From Erysipelotrichaceae bacterium (GTDB lineage Bacteria; Bacillota_I; Bacilli_A; Erysipelotrichales; Erysipelotrichaceae): a stretch of DNA of 64,000 nucleotides. This document shows, one piece after another, positions 19,404 through 29,130 of the stretch. Where the stretch lies: the NCBI GenBank assembly GCA_036642795.1, contig JAVXTH010000003.1, positions 12,443 through 76,442 on the forward strand, read 5' to 3'. Position 1 is the first letter of the stretch; every line of letters begins with the position of its first letter. Made by a program: the position numbers and the translations under genes. The notes under the pieces were generated by a model that was given only the letters and a program-made list of their open reading frames with translations, did not search any database and had not been told where the DNA came from.

Positions 19404-20174
19404 ATGAAAATTTTATGTATAGGTGATATTGTCGGTGTACCAGGTAGAGAAATCGTTGGTGAATTACTTCCACGTTTAAAAGAACAATATGCGATTGATA
19501 TGGTGATTGCGAATGGTGAGAATAGTGCTCATGGTAAGGGAATCACAAAAAAGATTTATGATCAATTAATAGGTTTTGGAATTGATTGCATTACAATGGG
19601 AAATCATACCTTTGCTAAAGATGATATATTTAAATTTATCGATGAAGCCGATCGCTTAATTCGACCAGGCAACATGGAACCCCTTGATTGTGGTGAATGT
19701 ACGCGTGTTTTCAATATTAAAAACAAACGCGTTGCCGTAAGTAATTTAAGTGGTGAGGTATGGATGCATAATGTTGTCGATTCACCTTTTATGATGATGG
19801 AAGATATTTTAGATGAAATAGATGCCGATATTCATATTGTTGATTTCCATGGGGAAACAACGAGTGAAAAGATTGCGTTTACTTACTACTTCGCATCGAA
19901 ACTAACGGCAGTTGTCGGTACTCATACCCATGTTCAAACAGCCGATGAGCGAATTGAACAGGGAACAGCAGCAATTACTGATTTAGGAATGTGTGGAGCG
20001 TATCATAGTGTATTAGGCCGCGATGTCGATGAAATTATCACACGCTTTACAACCGATGAGAAAACCAAGTTTAAAATGGGTTGTGGCCCAGCTATATTTT
20101 GTGGAGCCATCATTTCAATTGATGAAGAAAGCAATTTAGCTACGGCAATTGAACGAATTCAAATTCGACCTTAA
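19404..20174 (+). CDS. ymdB: YmdB-family metallophosphoesterase (2',3'-cyclic-nucleotide 2'-phosphodiesterase)
   Basis: MKILCIGDIVG, ANGENSAHGKG and DFHGETTSEK motifs. Follows rny, as in Bacillus. Confidence 0.9.
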   Translation: MKILCIGDIVGVPGREIVGELLPRLKEQYAIDMVIANGENSAHGKGITKKIYDQLIGFGIDCITMGNHTFAKDDIFKFIDEADRLIRPGNMEPLDCGECTRVFNIKNKRVAVSNLSGEVWMHNVVDSPFMMMEDILDEIDADIHIVDFHGETTSEKIAFTYYFASKLTAVVGTHTHVQTADERIEQGTAAITDLGMCGAYHSVLGRDVDEIITRFTTDEKTKFKMGCGPAIFCGAIISIDEESNLATAIERIQIRP

Positions 20175-20301
20175 ATAAGAAATAAGGAAATATCAATTAT
20201 TTGGTATTTCTTTTCTTTTGGAATCGTGAAAACATCATATCTTTATTTACTTTTAGGAGCGCTTCATATATAATGAATACAGTTAAAAGGAGGAATATAA
20301 A

Positions 20302-20475
20302 ATGCCAGTTACTATTAATTCAGAAACTTGTATCGGATGCGGAGCATGCGTTGGAGTTTGTCCAGTTGGAGCTTTATCAATGGACGGTGACAATAAATCC
20401 GTTTGTGACGAAGGAAGTTGTATCGATTGTGGTTCATGTTTAGCTACATGCCCAGTTGAAGCTATTTCTCAGTAA
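20302..20475 (+). CDS. fdx: 2x[4Fe-4S] ferredoxin, 57 aa (not in the supplied ORF track)
   Basis: AAGGAGG RBS 8 nt upstream. MPVTINSETCIGCGACVGVCPVGALSMDGDNKSVCDEGSCIDCGSCLATCPVEAISQ carries two CxxCxxCxxxCP motifs. A terminator follows. Confidence 0.85.
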   Translation: MPVTINSETCIGCGACVGVCPVGALSMDGDNKSVCDEGSCIDCGSCLATCPVEAISQ

Positions 20476-20498
20476 ACCAAGCATTGCTTGGTTTTTTT
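20476..20498 (+). terminator. Intrinsic terminator after ferredoxin gene
   Basis: AAACCAAGC/GCTTGGTTT stem followed by a T-run. Confidence 0.7.
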
Positions 20499-20544
20499 AA
20501 TTAATTAATATGAAAATATTTATATAGTATTTTGGAGGAACAAG

Positions 20545-21981
20545 ATGAAAAAACAACCAGGATGGGCTTTACCATCTTTAAAAGATGCACAGACTAGAAC
20601 TAAGAATAAAAGTTTAATTGAAAATAGTTTATTTTCAATTCCAAGTGAAATGCAAACAATTGGTAAGGAAAAGAAGTACTTTTTAAGAACCTATGGCTGT
20701 CAAGCAAATCAACGTGATTCAGAAACAATTGCCGGTATTTTAGAAGAAATGCAATTCGTTGCGGTAGATCATCCACAAGAGGCTGATTTAATTTTAATGA
20801 ATACCTGTGCCATTCGAGGCAATGCTGAAGACAAAGTATTAGGTGAATTGGGTTCTTTAAAACGTTTACTTAAAGATAAGCCAAATCTAGTATTTGGTTT
20901 ATGTGGATGCATGGCGCAAGAAGAAAGTGTGATTGCGACGGTATTAAAGAAATATCAACATGTTGATTTAATATTTGGAACTCATAATATTCATCGTTTG
21001 CCATATTTACTTCAACAAGCGATGGTTAAAAAAGAAAAAAGTATCGAAGTCTTTTCCAAAGAAGGTGAAGTGGTTGAAAATCTTCCCGTACGCCGTTTTG
21101 GAAAACATAAAGCTTGGGTTAATATTATGTACGGCTGTGATAAGTTTTGTACCTATTGCATCGTTCCTTATACAAGAGGAAAAGAACGTTCCAGAAGAAA
21201 AGAAGATATTTTAGATGAAATTCAAGTTTTAATTAAAGAAGGCTTTAAAGAAGTTACTTTATTAGGACAAAACGTAAACGCTTATGGGAAAGACATTGAA
21301 ATGGTTGGTGGTTTTGCCTCTTTGCTTGAAGATGTAGCAAAGATGGATATTCCAAGAATTCGTTTTATGACTTCACATCCTTGGGATTTCAGTGATGAAA
21401 TGATTCAAGTGATAGCAAAATATGATAATATTATGCCTTTCATTCATTTACCAGTTCAATCCGGGGATGATGCCATGCTGAAAATTATGGGTCGTCGTTA
21501 TAATAGTACTCAATATAAAACCTTGTTTGATAAATTAAAAGCTAATATAAAGAATTGTGCTTTTTCTACTGATATTATTGTTGGCTTCCCCAATGAAAGT
21601 GAAGAACAGTTTCAACATACTTTGGATATGGTGAATTATTGTCAATATGATAATGCCTTTACTTTTATCTATTCACCAAGAGAGGGAACACCGGCTGCGA
21701 AGATGGAAGATAATGTGTCAATGGAAGTAAAACAAGAACGTTTACAACGCTTAAACGAAGTTACGAACCATTATGCTCATATTAAAAATGAAGCCTATCG
21801 TAATCAAATTGTGGAAGTTTTAGTAGATGGTCCTAGTAAAAAGAACTCGAAGATTTTTGCGGGCTATACACAAGGAAATAAACTTGTTAACTTTAAAGCA
21901 AAAAAAGCAATGTGTGGTGATCTTGTGAAAGTCAAAATTGTTGATGTAAAAACTTGGTCATTAGATGGAGAAGAAATATAA
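20545..21981 (+). CDS. miaB: tRNA-i6A37 methylthiotransferase MiaB
   Basis: N-terminal UPF0004 cysteines (GCQAN, NTCAIR, GCM), radical-SAM CDKFCTYC motif, and a C-terminal TRAM domain. Confidence 0.9.
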   Translation: MKKQPGWALPSLKDAQTRTKNKSLIENSLFSIPSEMQTIGKEKKYFLRTYGCQANQRDSETIAGILEEMQFVAVDHPQEADLILMNTCAIRGNAEDKVLGELGSLKRLLKDKPNLVFGLCGCMAQEESVIATVLKKYQHVDLIFGTHNIHRLPYLLQQAMVKKEKSIEVFSKEGEVVENLPVRRFGKHKAWVNIMYGCDKFCTYCIVPYTRGKERSRRKEDILDEIQVLIKEGFKEVTLLGQNVNAYGKDIEMVGGFASLLEDVAKMDIPRIRFMTSHPWDFSDEMIQVIAKYDNIMPFIHLPVQSGDDAMLKIMGRRYNSTQYKTLFDKLKANIKNCAFSTDIIVGFPNESEEQFQHTLDMVNYCQYDNAFTFIYSPREGTPAAKMEDNVSMEVKQERLQRLNEVTNHYAHIKNEAYRNQIVEVLVDGPSKKNSKIFAGYTQGNKLVNFKAKKAMCGDLVKVKIVDVKTWSLDGEEI

Positions 21982-21991
21982 TAGAAACTAA

Positions 21992-22016
21992 AAAAGGTGA
22001 GTTTTCACTTTTTTTA
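21992..22016 (+). terminator. Intrinsic terminator after miaB
   Basis: AAAGGTGA/TCACTTTT stem (one G-U pair) followed by a T-run. Confidence 0.55.
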
Positions 22017-22132
22017 TGTTCTTTTTGAGCGATTTAGGCTATAATAAGAATAGCGAAATTGAAAAAGGGCTTAACACTAGTTGTTTTTTAATGAGATGGG
22101 TTATAATAATAATACCAAGTAGGAGGTAACAT

Positions 22133-23794
22133 ATGGACCAAGTTCGTATTTTTGCGCTTGGAGGCCTTGATGAGAATGGGAAAAACATGCTCGTTGTCGA
22201 GGTTAATCAAGCTATTTTTGTGATTGAAGCAGGTTTAAAGTATCCTGAATCAGAAACATTGGGAGTCGATTTTATCATTCCTGATTTCTCATATTTAATC
22301 GAAAATAAAGATCGCATCAAAGCTATCTTTATCACACATGGTCATGACGATGTCATGGCAGCTTTACCATATCTATTAAAACAGGTCAAAGTTCCTGTTT
22401 ATACCGGAGCACTTACCGGAAATTTGATTTATGATATGTTGAAAAAAGAAGGTATCCGTGATATCAAAGTTCATAAGATGAAACGGACATCTCGTCAAGT
22501 GATTGACGGAGTACAAATTCGTACATTTGGAATGACGCATGCTTATCCTGATAATTTTGGCATTGCAATCAATACAGATCAAGGTTATATCGTATATACT
22601 GGTGAATTTATCATTGATTACGATATGCTTCAAGAAGAGTATTTATGTGATTTAAATGAATTATCGGATATTGGCAAAAAAGGTGTATTAGCATTGTTAT
22701 GTGAAAGTGGTGGAGCCGATCGTAGTGGACATACCGCTCCCAATCATCGAATTGCTAATTTAATTGAACCGATATTTGAAGCAAATGAAGGAAAGCGAAT
22801 TTTAATTTCAGCTTATCGTCAAAGTTTATATCGCGTGATTGAAATTATTGATATGGTTAAAAAATATAATCGTAAAGTATATTTCCATGATCCTGAATTA
22901 CGTCATATGCTGAAACAATTAGATATCATGGGCTATTACAAAGTTCCTCGTGAAATGGAAATTAGTGATAAACAATTCACCAATGAAATGGAAGATGTTG
23001 TTGTCGTTATTAGTGGAAGTGGAAAAAACCTATTCCGGACAATGTTTAACATCGCAAACCATGAAGATGCTTTTGTAGCTTTCCGTTCGAGTGATACAAT
23101 TATTATGACATCTCCAGTGGTTAGTGGTACTGAGATGGATGCTAGTAATATGGAAAACGAAATTTATAAAGAAGGCGGAAAGATTTTCTCACTGAATGCG
23201 AAAAGTGTTTTATCAATGCATCCAAGTAGTGAAGATTTAAAAATGATGCTTTATTTATTTAAACCAAAATATTATCTTCCAGTAAAAGGTGAATATCGTC
23301 ATTTAATTGCCAATGCTGATTTAGCTACGAATATGAACTATAAACCAGATCGAATTGTTATCTTAGATAATGGTCAGATTGCGGAGTTTGAAAACAAAAT
23401 ATTAAAATCAGTGTCCAATCGCATTGAATTAACGGATACTTTAATTGATGGTAAAGAGAATTGGGATGTTACGGGTGTTGTTTTAAAGGATCGTGAAATG
23501 TTATCAACCGATGGAGTTATGATCATTGGTATTGCGGTTAATTTTAAAACAAAAGAGATTATTAATGGACCAGATGTTCAAACTCGTGGTTTAATTTATC
23601 TTAAAGATGCGGATTACATTGTGAAAGAAGTTAGTAGTATAATGGAAAACACAATCATCAATGCAGTGAAAGAAAATCGTTATGATAATTTACAAGCACG
23701 TAGCGAAGCAAGAGATAAAATTAATCGCTATTTATCAAAAGAAACTGGAAAACGACCTATGGTCTTACCCGTAATTATGGAAATAAACATCTAG
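22133..23794 (+). CDS. rnjB: Ribonuclease J family protein, J2-like with degenerate catalytic motifs
   Basis: Collinear with B. subtilis RNase J1 over its full length (FALGGL, THGH, YTGEF, RPMVLPVIMEI). Motif 2 reads HGHDDV, not HGHEDH. Sits before ftsK/spoIIIE, as ymfA (rnjB) does in Bacillus. Confidence 0.8.
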   Translation: MDQVRIFALGGLDENGKNMLVVEVNQAIFVIEAGLKYPESETLGVDFIIPDFSYLIENKDRIKAIFITHGHDDVMAALPYLLKQVKVPVYTGALTGNLIYDMLKKEGIRDIKVHKMKRTSRQVIDGVQIRTFGMTHAYPDNFGIAINTDQGYIVYTGEFIIDYDMLQEEYLCDLNELSDIGKKGVLALLCESGGADRSGHTAPNHRIANLIEPIFEANEGKRILISAYRQSLYRVIEIIDMVKKYNRKVYFHDPELRHMLKQLDIMGYYKVPREMEISDKQFTNEMEDVVVVISGSGKNLFRTMFNIANHEDAFVAFRSSDTIIMTSPVVSGTEMDASNMENEIYKEGGKIFSLNAKSVLSMHPSSEDLKMMLYLFKPKYYLPVKGEYRHLIANADLATNMNYKPDRIVILDNGQIAEFENKILKSVSNRIELTDTLIDGKENWDVTGVVLKDREMLSTDGVMIIGIAVNFKTKEIINGPDVQTRGLIYLKDADYIVKEVSSIMENTIINAVKENRYDNLQARSEARDKINRYLSKETGKRPMVLPVIMEINI

Positions 23795-23815
23795 ATAATC
23801 GATTGGAGGGGTTTC

Positions 23816-26146
23816 ATGGCTAAAAGCAAAACAAAAAAGAAAGATAAAAATAAACAAAGTGAAGAAAATGATATTCTAGTTTATATCTATGCACTTGTTT
23901 TAATAACCTTATCGATTATCGGTTTATTAAATATTGGATTTGTTGGTGAAGTATTAACCAATGTCATGAAAATCGTTTTTGGTAATCTATATGGTGTAAT
24001 CTATGCAATTATCATTGTTGGTGCCATCGCATTAATGATGAAAAAAAGAATTGCTGATTTATCGATGAAATATATTTTAGGTTTTAGTGTATTGTTAATG
24101 GCATGGATTTTATTAGCGGCAATACCACGGGATATCAAGTTAAAGGGTATGGCAGTAATCAATACTTATTTTCATAATGTAGTCGCCATTTTCAATGGCG
24201 AATTACCAGCTCAAGGTGGTTTAATTGGAGCAATATTATTTGCTTTAACTTCATTATTATTTGATCGAAGTGGAACTTATATTGTCATTGTTGCGATGGT
24301 TATTTTAGGCATCATTATATTAGTCAATCGTAATATGTGGGAATATATTAAGAAATATTTAGGATTTCTTGGGAAACCATTCCAATGGCTATTTCAATCG
24401 ATTTTCAAACGTGATAAAGGTGAAGACGATGAAAAGGATTCAGCTGATTGGAAGGTTGAAGAAGAGGAAGAAGAACCACGATTTACGCCAATTGATTTAA
24501 ATGGTGATCCGCAAACGATCATGAGTCAAAATGCGGAAGTGTTTGGTAAGATATCAGCCGATGATAAAAATGATGAAAGTGAAGATAAAGTCTCTTTTTT
24601 AGAAGCGGATGAAGAAATTGGCGCAGCGATTCGTAAGCGTAAGGGAATCCATGATCCTAAGATTGAAAAAATCATTGGGAAAGAAGATACCTTTGTAAGT
24701 GCCTTTCATGATGATTATGCAAACTATCGATTACCTCGATTATCTTTATTGAACGATACGAATAAAAAGCTACGTTCAACGGCAAATGTTGCGGCAGCAA
24801 ATGATGCTGGTAAGCGTTTGATTAATATCTTGGATCAATTTGGTGTGAAAGCTACTTTAGTAAATACGCATATTGGACCAAGTGTAACAAAATTTGAAAT
24901 TAAACCGGATTTAGGGGTTCGTGTACATAAGATTAGTAATCTTCAATATGATATCAAAATGGCACTTGCGGCAAAAGATATTCGAATTGAAGCACCAATT
25001 CCTGGTAAATCAGCAGTTGGAATTGAAATTCCTAATGTTGAGAAAACTGTTGTAACGATGAAAGAATTAATGAAATCAATTCCTGAAAAATATCTAGGAA
25101 AAAAATTAATGTTTGCTTTAGGTAAAGATTTAATGGGAAATTGTATCTATGGTGAATTAAATAAAATGCCACATTTATTAATTGCAGGAGCAACGGGTAG
25201 TGGAAAGAGTGTTTGTATAAATTCCATCATCACGTCATTGATTATGCGCTGTACACCGGATGAAGTTAAATTACTACTGGTGGATCCTAAGAAGGTTGAG
25301 TTTACTCCTTATCATGGTCTGCCTCATTTACTTGGACCAGTCATTACCGATGGAGAAGAAGCAGCAAGAGCCTTAAAGGTTGTTGTAGCGACGATGGATA
25401 ATCGTTATGAGTTATTCTCAAGAGCTGGGGTTCGTAATATTGGTGGTTATAATACCTATTTAGATGAACATCCCGAAGAAGGCTTAACACGTTTGCCTTG
25501 GATTGTTGTTATTATTGATGAATTAGCGGATTTAATGTTAGTTGCTGCGAAAGATGTTGAAGCAAGTATTCAAAGAATTACGCAATTAGCACGAGCTGCT
25601 GGAATTCATTTAATTGTCGCAACGCAACGACCAAGTGTCGATGTTATTACTGGCGTAATTAAAGCCAATATTCCAAGTAGAATTGCTTTCGCGGTTTCAA
25701 GTGCAGTCGATTCAAGAACGATTCTTGATCAAATCGGCGCAGAGAAGTTATTAGGTTATGGTGATATGTTATACATTCCAATCGGCGAACAAGTAGCGAT
25801 GCGAGTTCAAGGTGTCTTTGTGAGCGATGATGAAGTATTAGCAATTACCAACCAAGCTAAAGCACAAGGAAAACCAAAATTTGATGATGCCTTCGTCCGT
25901 TTAGAATTATTAGATGGGGGAAGAGGAGCAAGTGATAATTCAAGTGATCCACTTTATGAAGAAGTGAAGGAATTTGTGATTCAAAGTCGCAGAGCCAGTA
26001 CATCACTCATTCAAAGAAAATTTTCAATCGGCTATTCACGAGCAGCAAGATTAATTGATACGATGGAAGAGAATGGTATCATCGGAGCAAGTCGTGGCAG
26101 TAAACCTAGAGAAGTGTTTATAAAAGCAAATCAAGAGGAAGAATAG
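23816..26146 (+). CDS. ftsK: FtsK/SpoIIIE family DNA translocase
   Basis: Four to five N-terminal TM helices, an acidic linker, a motor domain with GATGSGKS Walker A and VIIDELADL Walker B, and a C-terminal winged-helix gamma domain. Confidence 0.95.
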   Translation: MAKSKTKKKDKNKQSEENDILVYIYALVLITLSIIGLLNIGFVGEVLTNVMKIVFGNLYGVIYAIIIVGAIALMMKKRIADLSMKYILGFSVLLMAWILLAAIPRDIKLKGMAVINTYFHNVVAIFNGELPAQGGLIGAILFALTSLLFDRSGTYIVIVAMVILGIIILVNRNMWEYIKKYLGFLGKPFQWLFQSIFKRDKGEDDEKDSADWKVEEEEEEPRFTPIDLNGDPQTIMSQNAEVFGKISADDKNDESEDKVSFLEADEEIGAAIRKRKGIHDPKIEKIIGKEDTFVSAFHDDYANYRLPRLSLLNDTNKKLRSTANVAAANDAGKRLINILDQFGVKATLVNTHIGPSVTKFEIKPDLGVRVHKISNLQYDIKMALAAKDIRIEAPIPGKSAVGIEIPNVEKTVVTMKELMKSIPEKYLGKKLMFALGKDLMGNCIYGELNKMPHLLIAGATGSGKSVCINSIITSLIMRCTPDEVKLLLVDPKKVEFTPYHGLPHLLGPVITDGEEAARALKVVVATMDNRYELFSRAGVRNIGGYNTYLDEHPEEGLTRLPWIVVIIDELADLMLVAAKDVEASIQRITQLARAAGIHLIVATQRPSVDVITGVIKANIPSRIAFAVSSAVDSRTILDQIGAEKLLGYGDMLYIPIGEQVAMRVQGVFVSDDEVLAITNQAKAQGKPKFDDAFVRLELLDGGRGASDNSSDPLYEEVKEFVIQSRRASTSLIQRKFSIGYSRAARLIDTMEENGIIGASRGSKPREVFIKANQEEE

Positions 26147-26252
26147 AACAATTTATTTTGTTTTATTCTTTTTTTATTTCGTTATTTATCTTTCGCATGT
26201 TTAAAAAAATAAGGGAATTAAACATATAGACAATGGAAACGATTGATATGTG

Positions 26253-26266
26253 TGAAAGCGTTTACT
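26253..26266. promoter_or_regulatory. Candidate CcpA cre site upstream of the ABC transporter operon
   Basis: TGAAAGCGTTTACT matches the cre consensus TGWAANCGNTNWCA at 13 of 14 positions. It lies about 90 nt upstream of the lipoprotein start. Confidence 0.35.
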
Positions 26267-26353
26267 TTTTCTCATAAATTCATTTACAAATGCATCCAAA
26301 TAGGCTAAAATATAGGAGATAGGAAACTATTCATTACAAGGAGGAAAACATTA

Positions 26354-27493
26354 ATGAAAAAGTTTTTATGCGTTCTTGCATGTTTCACAATGGCTGTATC
26401 TCTAGCGGGATGTGGCGGAAAAGATGAGAAAAAAGACACGAAAGAAATTGTTATGATTACCGATGTTGGTACAATTGATGACAAATCTTTCAACCAAGGT
26501 ACTTATGAAGGTGTCAAAGCTTATGGTGAAAAGAATAAAGTTAGTTATGACTATATTAAACCACAAGCAAAAGACAAAGCTGCTTATGATGATGCAGTAG
26601 ACCAAGCAGTTAAAAACGGAGCAAAAGTTATTGTTACTCCAGGATTCTTATTTGAACCAACTATTTTTGAAAAACAAGATCAATACAAAGATGTTAAATT
26701 TATCTTAATTGATGGTTATCCAAACAATAACAAGTACGATGAAACTCGTAAAGAAAAAACAGGTAAGAATACCGTAGGTATTAAATATTCTGAAGAACAA
26801 TCTGGTTATTTAGCTGGTTATGCTGCTGTTATTGATGGCAGTACTAAATTAGGCTTTATGGGTGGAATGGCAGTTCCTGCTGTTGTTAACTTCGGTTATG
26901 GTTTCTTACAAGGTGTCGATGCTGCTGCTAAAGAATTAGGCGTTGAAACTACAGTTAAATATCATTATACTGGTGACTTCAAAGCTACTCCAGAAGTACA
27001 AGCAAAAGCTGCTGGCTGGTATAAAGAAGGTATCGAAACAATCTTCGCATGTGGTGGAGCTGTTGGTAACTCAGTAATGGCTGCTGCTGAAGCAAACGAT
27101 CCTGTTGGAAAAGTTATCGGTGTTGACGTTGACCAATCTGCTGAAAGTAAGACAGTTATTACATCTGCTTACAAATTATTAGCTAAATCAGTTGAAGACC
27201 AATTAACTGCAATTTATGATAAGAAATTCCAAGGTGGTTCTAACTTAGTATTAGGCGCAAAAGAAGGAATGGTTGGTATTCCAATGAAAACTTCTAAATT
27301 CGCTAAATTTACTGAAGAAGAATACGATGCTATGTACAAAAAATTAGCTGCTGGCGAAATTAAATTAGTTAACAGTACTGAAGTAAAAGTTGATGCTGCT
27401 GGTGCAAAAGTTCTTGATGAAAAAGGACAAACTATTATGATTGAACCTGCTGATATCAAATTAGAAAAAGTAGCGGTAACAGAAGAGAAATAA
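26354..27493 (+). CDS. BMP-family (PnrA/Med-like) ABC transporter substrate-binding lipoprotein, probably nucleoside-binding
   Basis: Signal peptide with lipobox LAGC. DKSFNQG and GGA.GNSV motifs typical of basic membrane protein family binders. Confidence 0.9.
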   Translation: MKKFLCVLACFTMAVSLAGCGGKDEKKDTKEIVMITDVGTIDDKSFNQGTYEGVKAYGEKNKVSYDYIKPQAKDKAAYDDAVDQAVKNGAKVIVTPGFLFEPTIFEKQDQYKDVKFILIDGYPNNNKYDETRKEKTGKNTVGIKYSEEQSGYLAGYAAVIDGSTKLGFMGGMAVPAVVNFGYGFLQGVDAAAKELGVETTVKYHYTGDFKATPEVQAKAAGWYKEGIETIFACGGAVGNSVMAAAEANDPVGKVIGVDVDQSAESKTVITSAYKLLAKSVEDQLTAIYDKKFQGGSNLVLGAKEGMVGIPMKTSKFAKFTEEEYDAMYKKLAAGEIKLVNSTEVKVDAAGAKVLDEKGQTIMIEPADIKLEKVAVTEEK

Positions 27494-27506
27494 CGGTTAT
27501 CGAGTA

Positions 27507-27537
27507 AAGGTCGAAGATAATCTTCGACCTTTTTTTA
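27507..27537 (+). terminator. Intra-operon intrinsic terminator after the binding-protein gene
   Basis: 12-bp stem AAAGGTCGAAGA/TCTTCGACCTTT followed by a T-run. Confidence 0.7.
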
Positions 27538-27600
27538 ACTAAAAAATACTGTAAATAACGTTATAATCCGTTATACTATAGTTATTATAGGAGGGATACT

Positions 27601-29130
27601 ATGCAATACGTAATTGAGATGTGTAATATCACAAAAGAATTCCCTGGAATTTTGGCAAATGATGACGTTACACTTCAATTAAAAAAAGGTGAAATTCATG
27701 CATTGCTGGGTGAGAATGGTGCAGGTAAATCAACTCTGATGAGTGTTTTATTTGGCTTGTATCAAGCTGAAAAAGGTTGCATTAAGATTAATGGAGAAGA
27801 AGTTAAAATTAATGATCCAAATGATGCCAACCGTTATGGAATTGGAATGGTTCACCAACACTTTAAATTGGTCCATAATTTCACTGTTTTAGAAAACATT
27901 GTTTTAGGAGCCGAAGATACAAAGAATGGTTTATTAACTTTAGATGCTGCTCGTGAAAAAGTAAAATCTTTATCATCAAGATATCAATTAAATGTTGATA
28001 CAGAAGCTTTAATAAGCGATATCAGTGTTGGTATGCAACAACGTGTTGAGATATTGAAAATGTTATATCGAGATAATGAAATTCTTATTTTTGATGAACC
28101 AACAGCGGTATTAACACCAGGTGAAATTGATGAATTAATGCAAATTATGCGTAGCTTAATTCAAGAAGGAAAATCAATTATTTTTATTACCCATAAATTA
28201 AATGAAATCAAAGCAGTTGCCAATCGTTGTACTGTTCTTCGTAAAGGTAAATATGTTGGAACGGTAGAAGTTAGCGAAACTTCAAAAGAAGAATTATCGC
28301 AGATGATGGTTGGACGTAAAGTTAGCTTTGTGAGCAATAAAATATCGAAAGAACTTGGTGATGTTGTTTTAGAAGCAGATCATATCAGTGTTTCTAAAAA
28401 AGGTCATAAAGATAGCGTTAAAGATGTTAGCTTTCATGTTCGCAATGGAGAAATTGTTTGTATTGCAGGTATTGAAGGAAATGGTCAAAGTGATTTAGTT
28501 TATGCACTTACTGGATTGAGTAAAGTAAGCAGCGGGAAAATCATTCTTGATGGCGATGATATTACAAATGCTAGTATTCGTAAACGTAATATAGAAGGAA
28601 TTGGACATATTCCGGAAGATCGTCATAAACATGGCTTAGTTTTAGATTACAATGTTTCATATAATATGGCATTAAAGAAATATTTTAAGAAAACTTTTTG
28701 TAATCATGGTTTCTTAAAATTTGATAAAATGGATAAGTATGCTGATGATATGATTGAACAATTTGACATCCGTTCATCTCTCGGTCATAAAACAATTACC
28801 CGTAGTATGTCTGGTGGTAACCAACAAAAAGTAATTGTCGCTCGAGAGATAAATGATAATCCTAAATGTCTAATTGCCGTTCAGCCTACCAGAGGTTTGG
28901 ATGTTGGTGCGATTGAATACATTCACTCAAAATTAATTGAAGAACGTGATAATGGACGAGCTGTTTTATTAATTTCTTTGGAGCTAGATGAAGTTATGAA
29001 TTTATCCGATCGAATTTTGGTTATGTATGAAGGTGAAATTGTAGCACAGTTGGATCCTAAATCAACAACCATTCAAGAACTTGGTTTATATATGGCAGGA
29101 AGTAAAAAACAGGAGGACATCCAAGCATGA
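27601..29130 (+). CDS. ABC transporter ATP-binding protein with duplicated ATPase domains
   Basis: Two ABC cassettes: GENGAGKST with LFDEPT, and SGGNQQK with a second Walker B. This is the typical partner of BMP-type binders. Confidence 0.9.
   Translation: MQYVIEMCNITKEFPGILANDDVTLQLKKGEIHALLGENGAGKSTLMSVLFGLYQAEKGCIKINGEEVKINDPNDANRYGIGMVHQHFKLVHNFTVLENIVLGAEDTKNGLLTLDAAREKVKSLSSRYQLNVDTEALISDISVGMQQRVEILKMLYRDNEILIFDEPTAVLTPGEIDELMQIMRSLIQEGKSIIFITHKLNEIKAVANRCTVLRKGKYVGTVEVSETSKEELSQMMVGRKVSFVSNKISKELGDVVLEADHISVSKKGHKDSVKDVSFHVRNGEIVCIAGIEGNGQSDLVYALTGLSKVSSGKIILDGDDITNASIRKRNIEGIGHIPEDRHKHGLVLDYNVSYNMALKKYFKKTFCNHGFLKFDKMDKYADDMIEQFDIRSSLGHKTITRSMSGGNQQKVIVAREINDNPKCLIAVQPTRGLDVGAIEYIHSKLIEERDNGRAVLLISLELDEVMNLSDRILVMYEGEIVAQLDPKSTTIQELGLYMAGSKKQEDIQA

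Noticed and set aside
20201-20443. 80-aa ORF from the supplied track in the ymdB-miaB spacer
   Set aside because: It has no RBS. It begins inside the ymdB terminator and promoter region and overlaps, out of frame, a textbook 57-aa 2x[4Fe-4S] ferredoxin gene (20302-20475) that has a strong RBS and terminator. The ferredoxin is the real gene.
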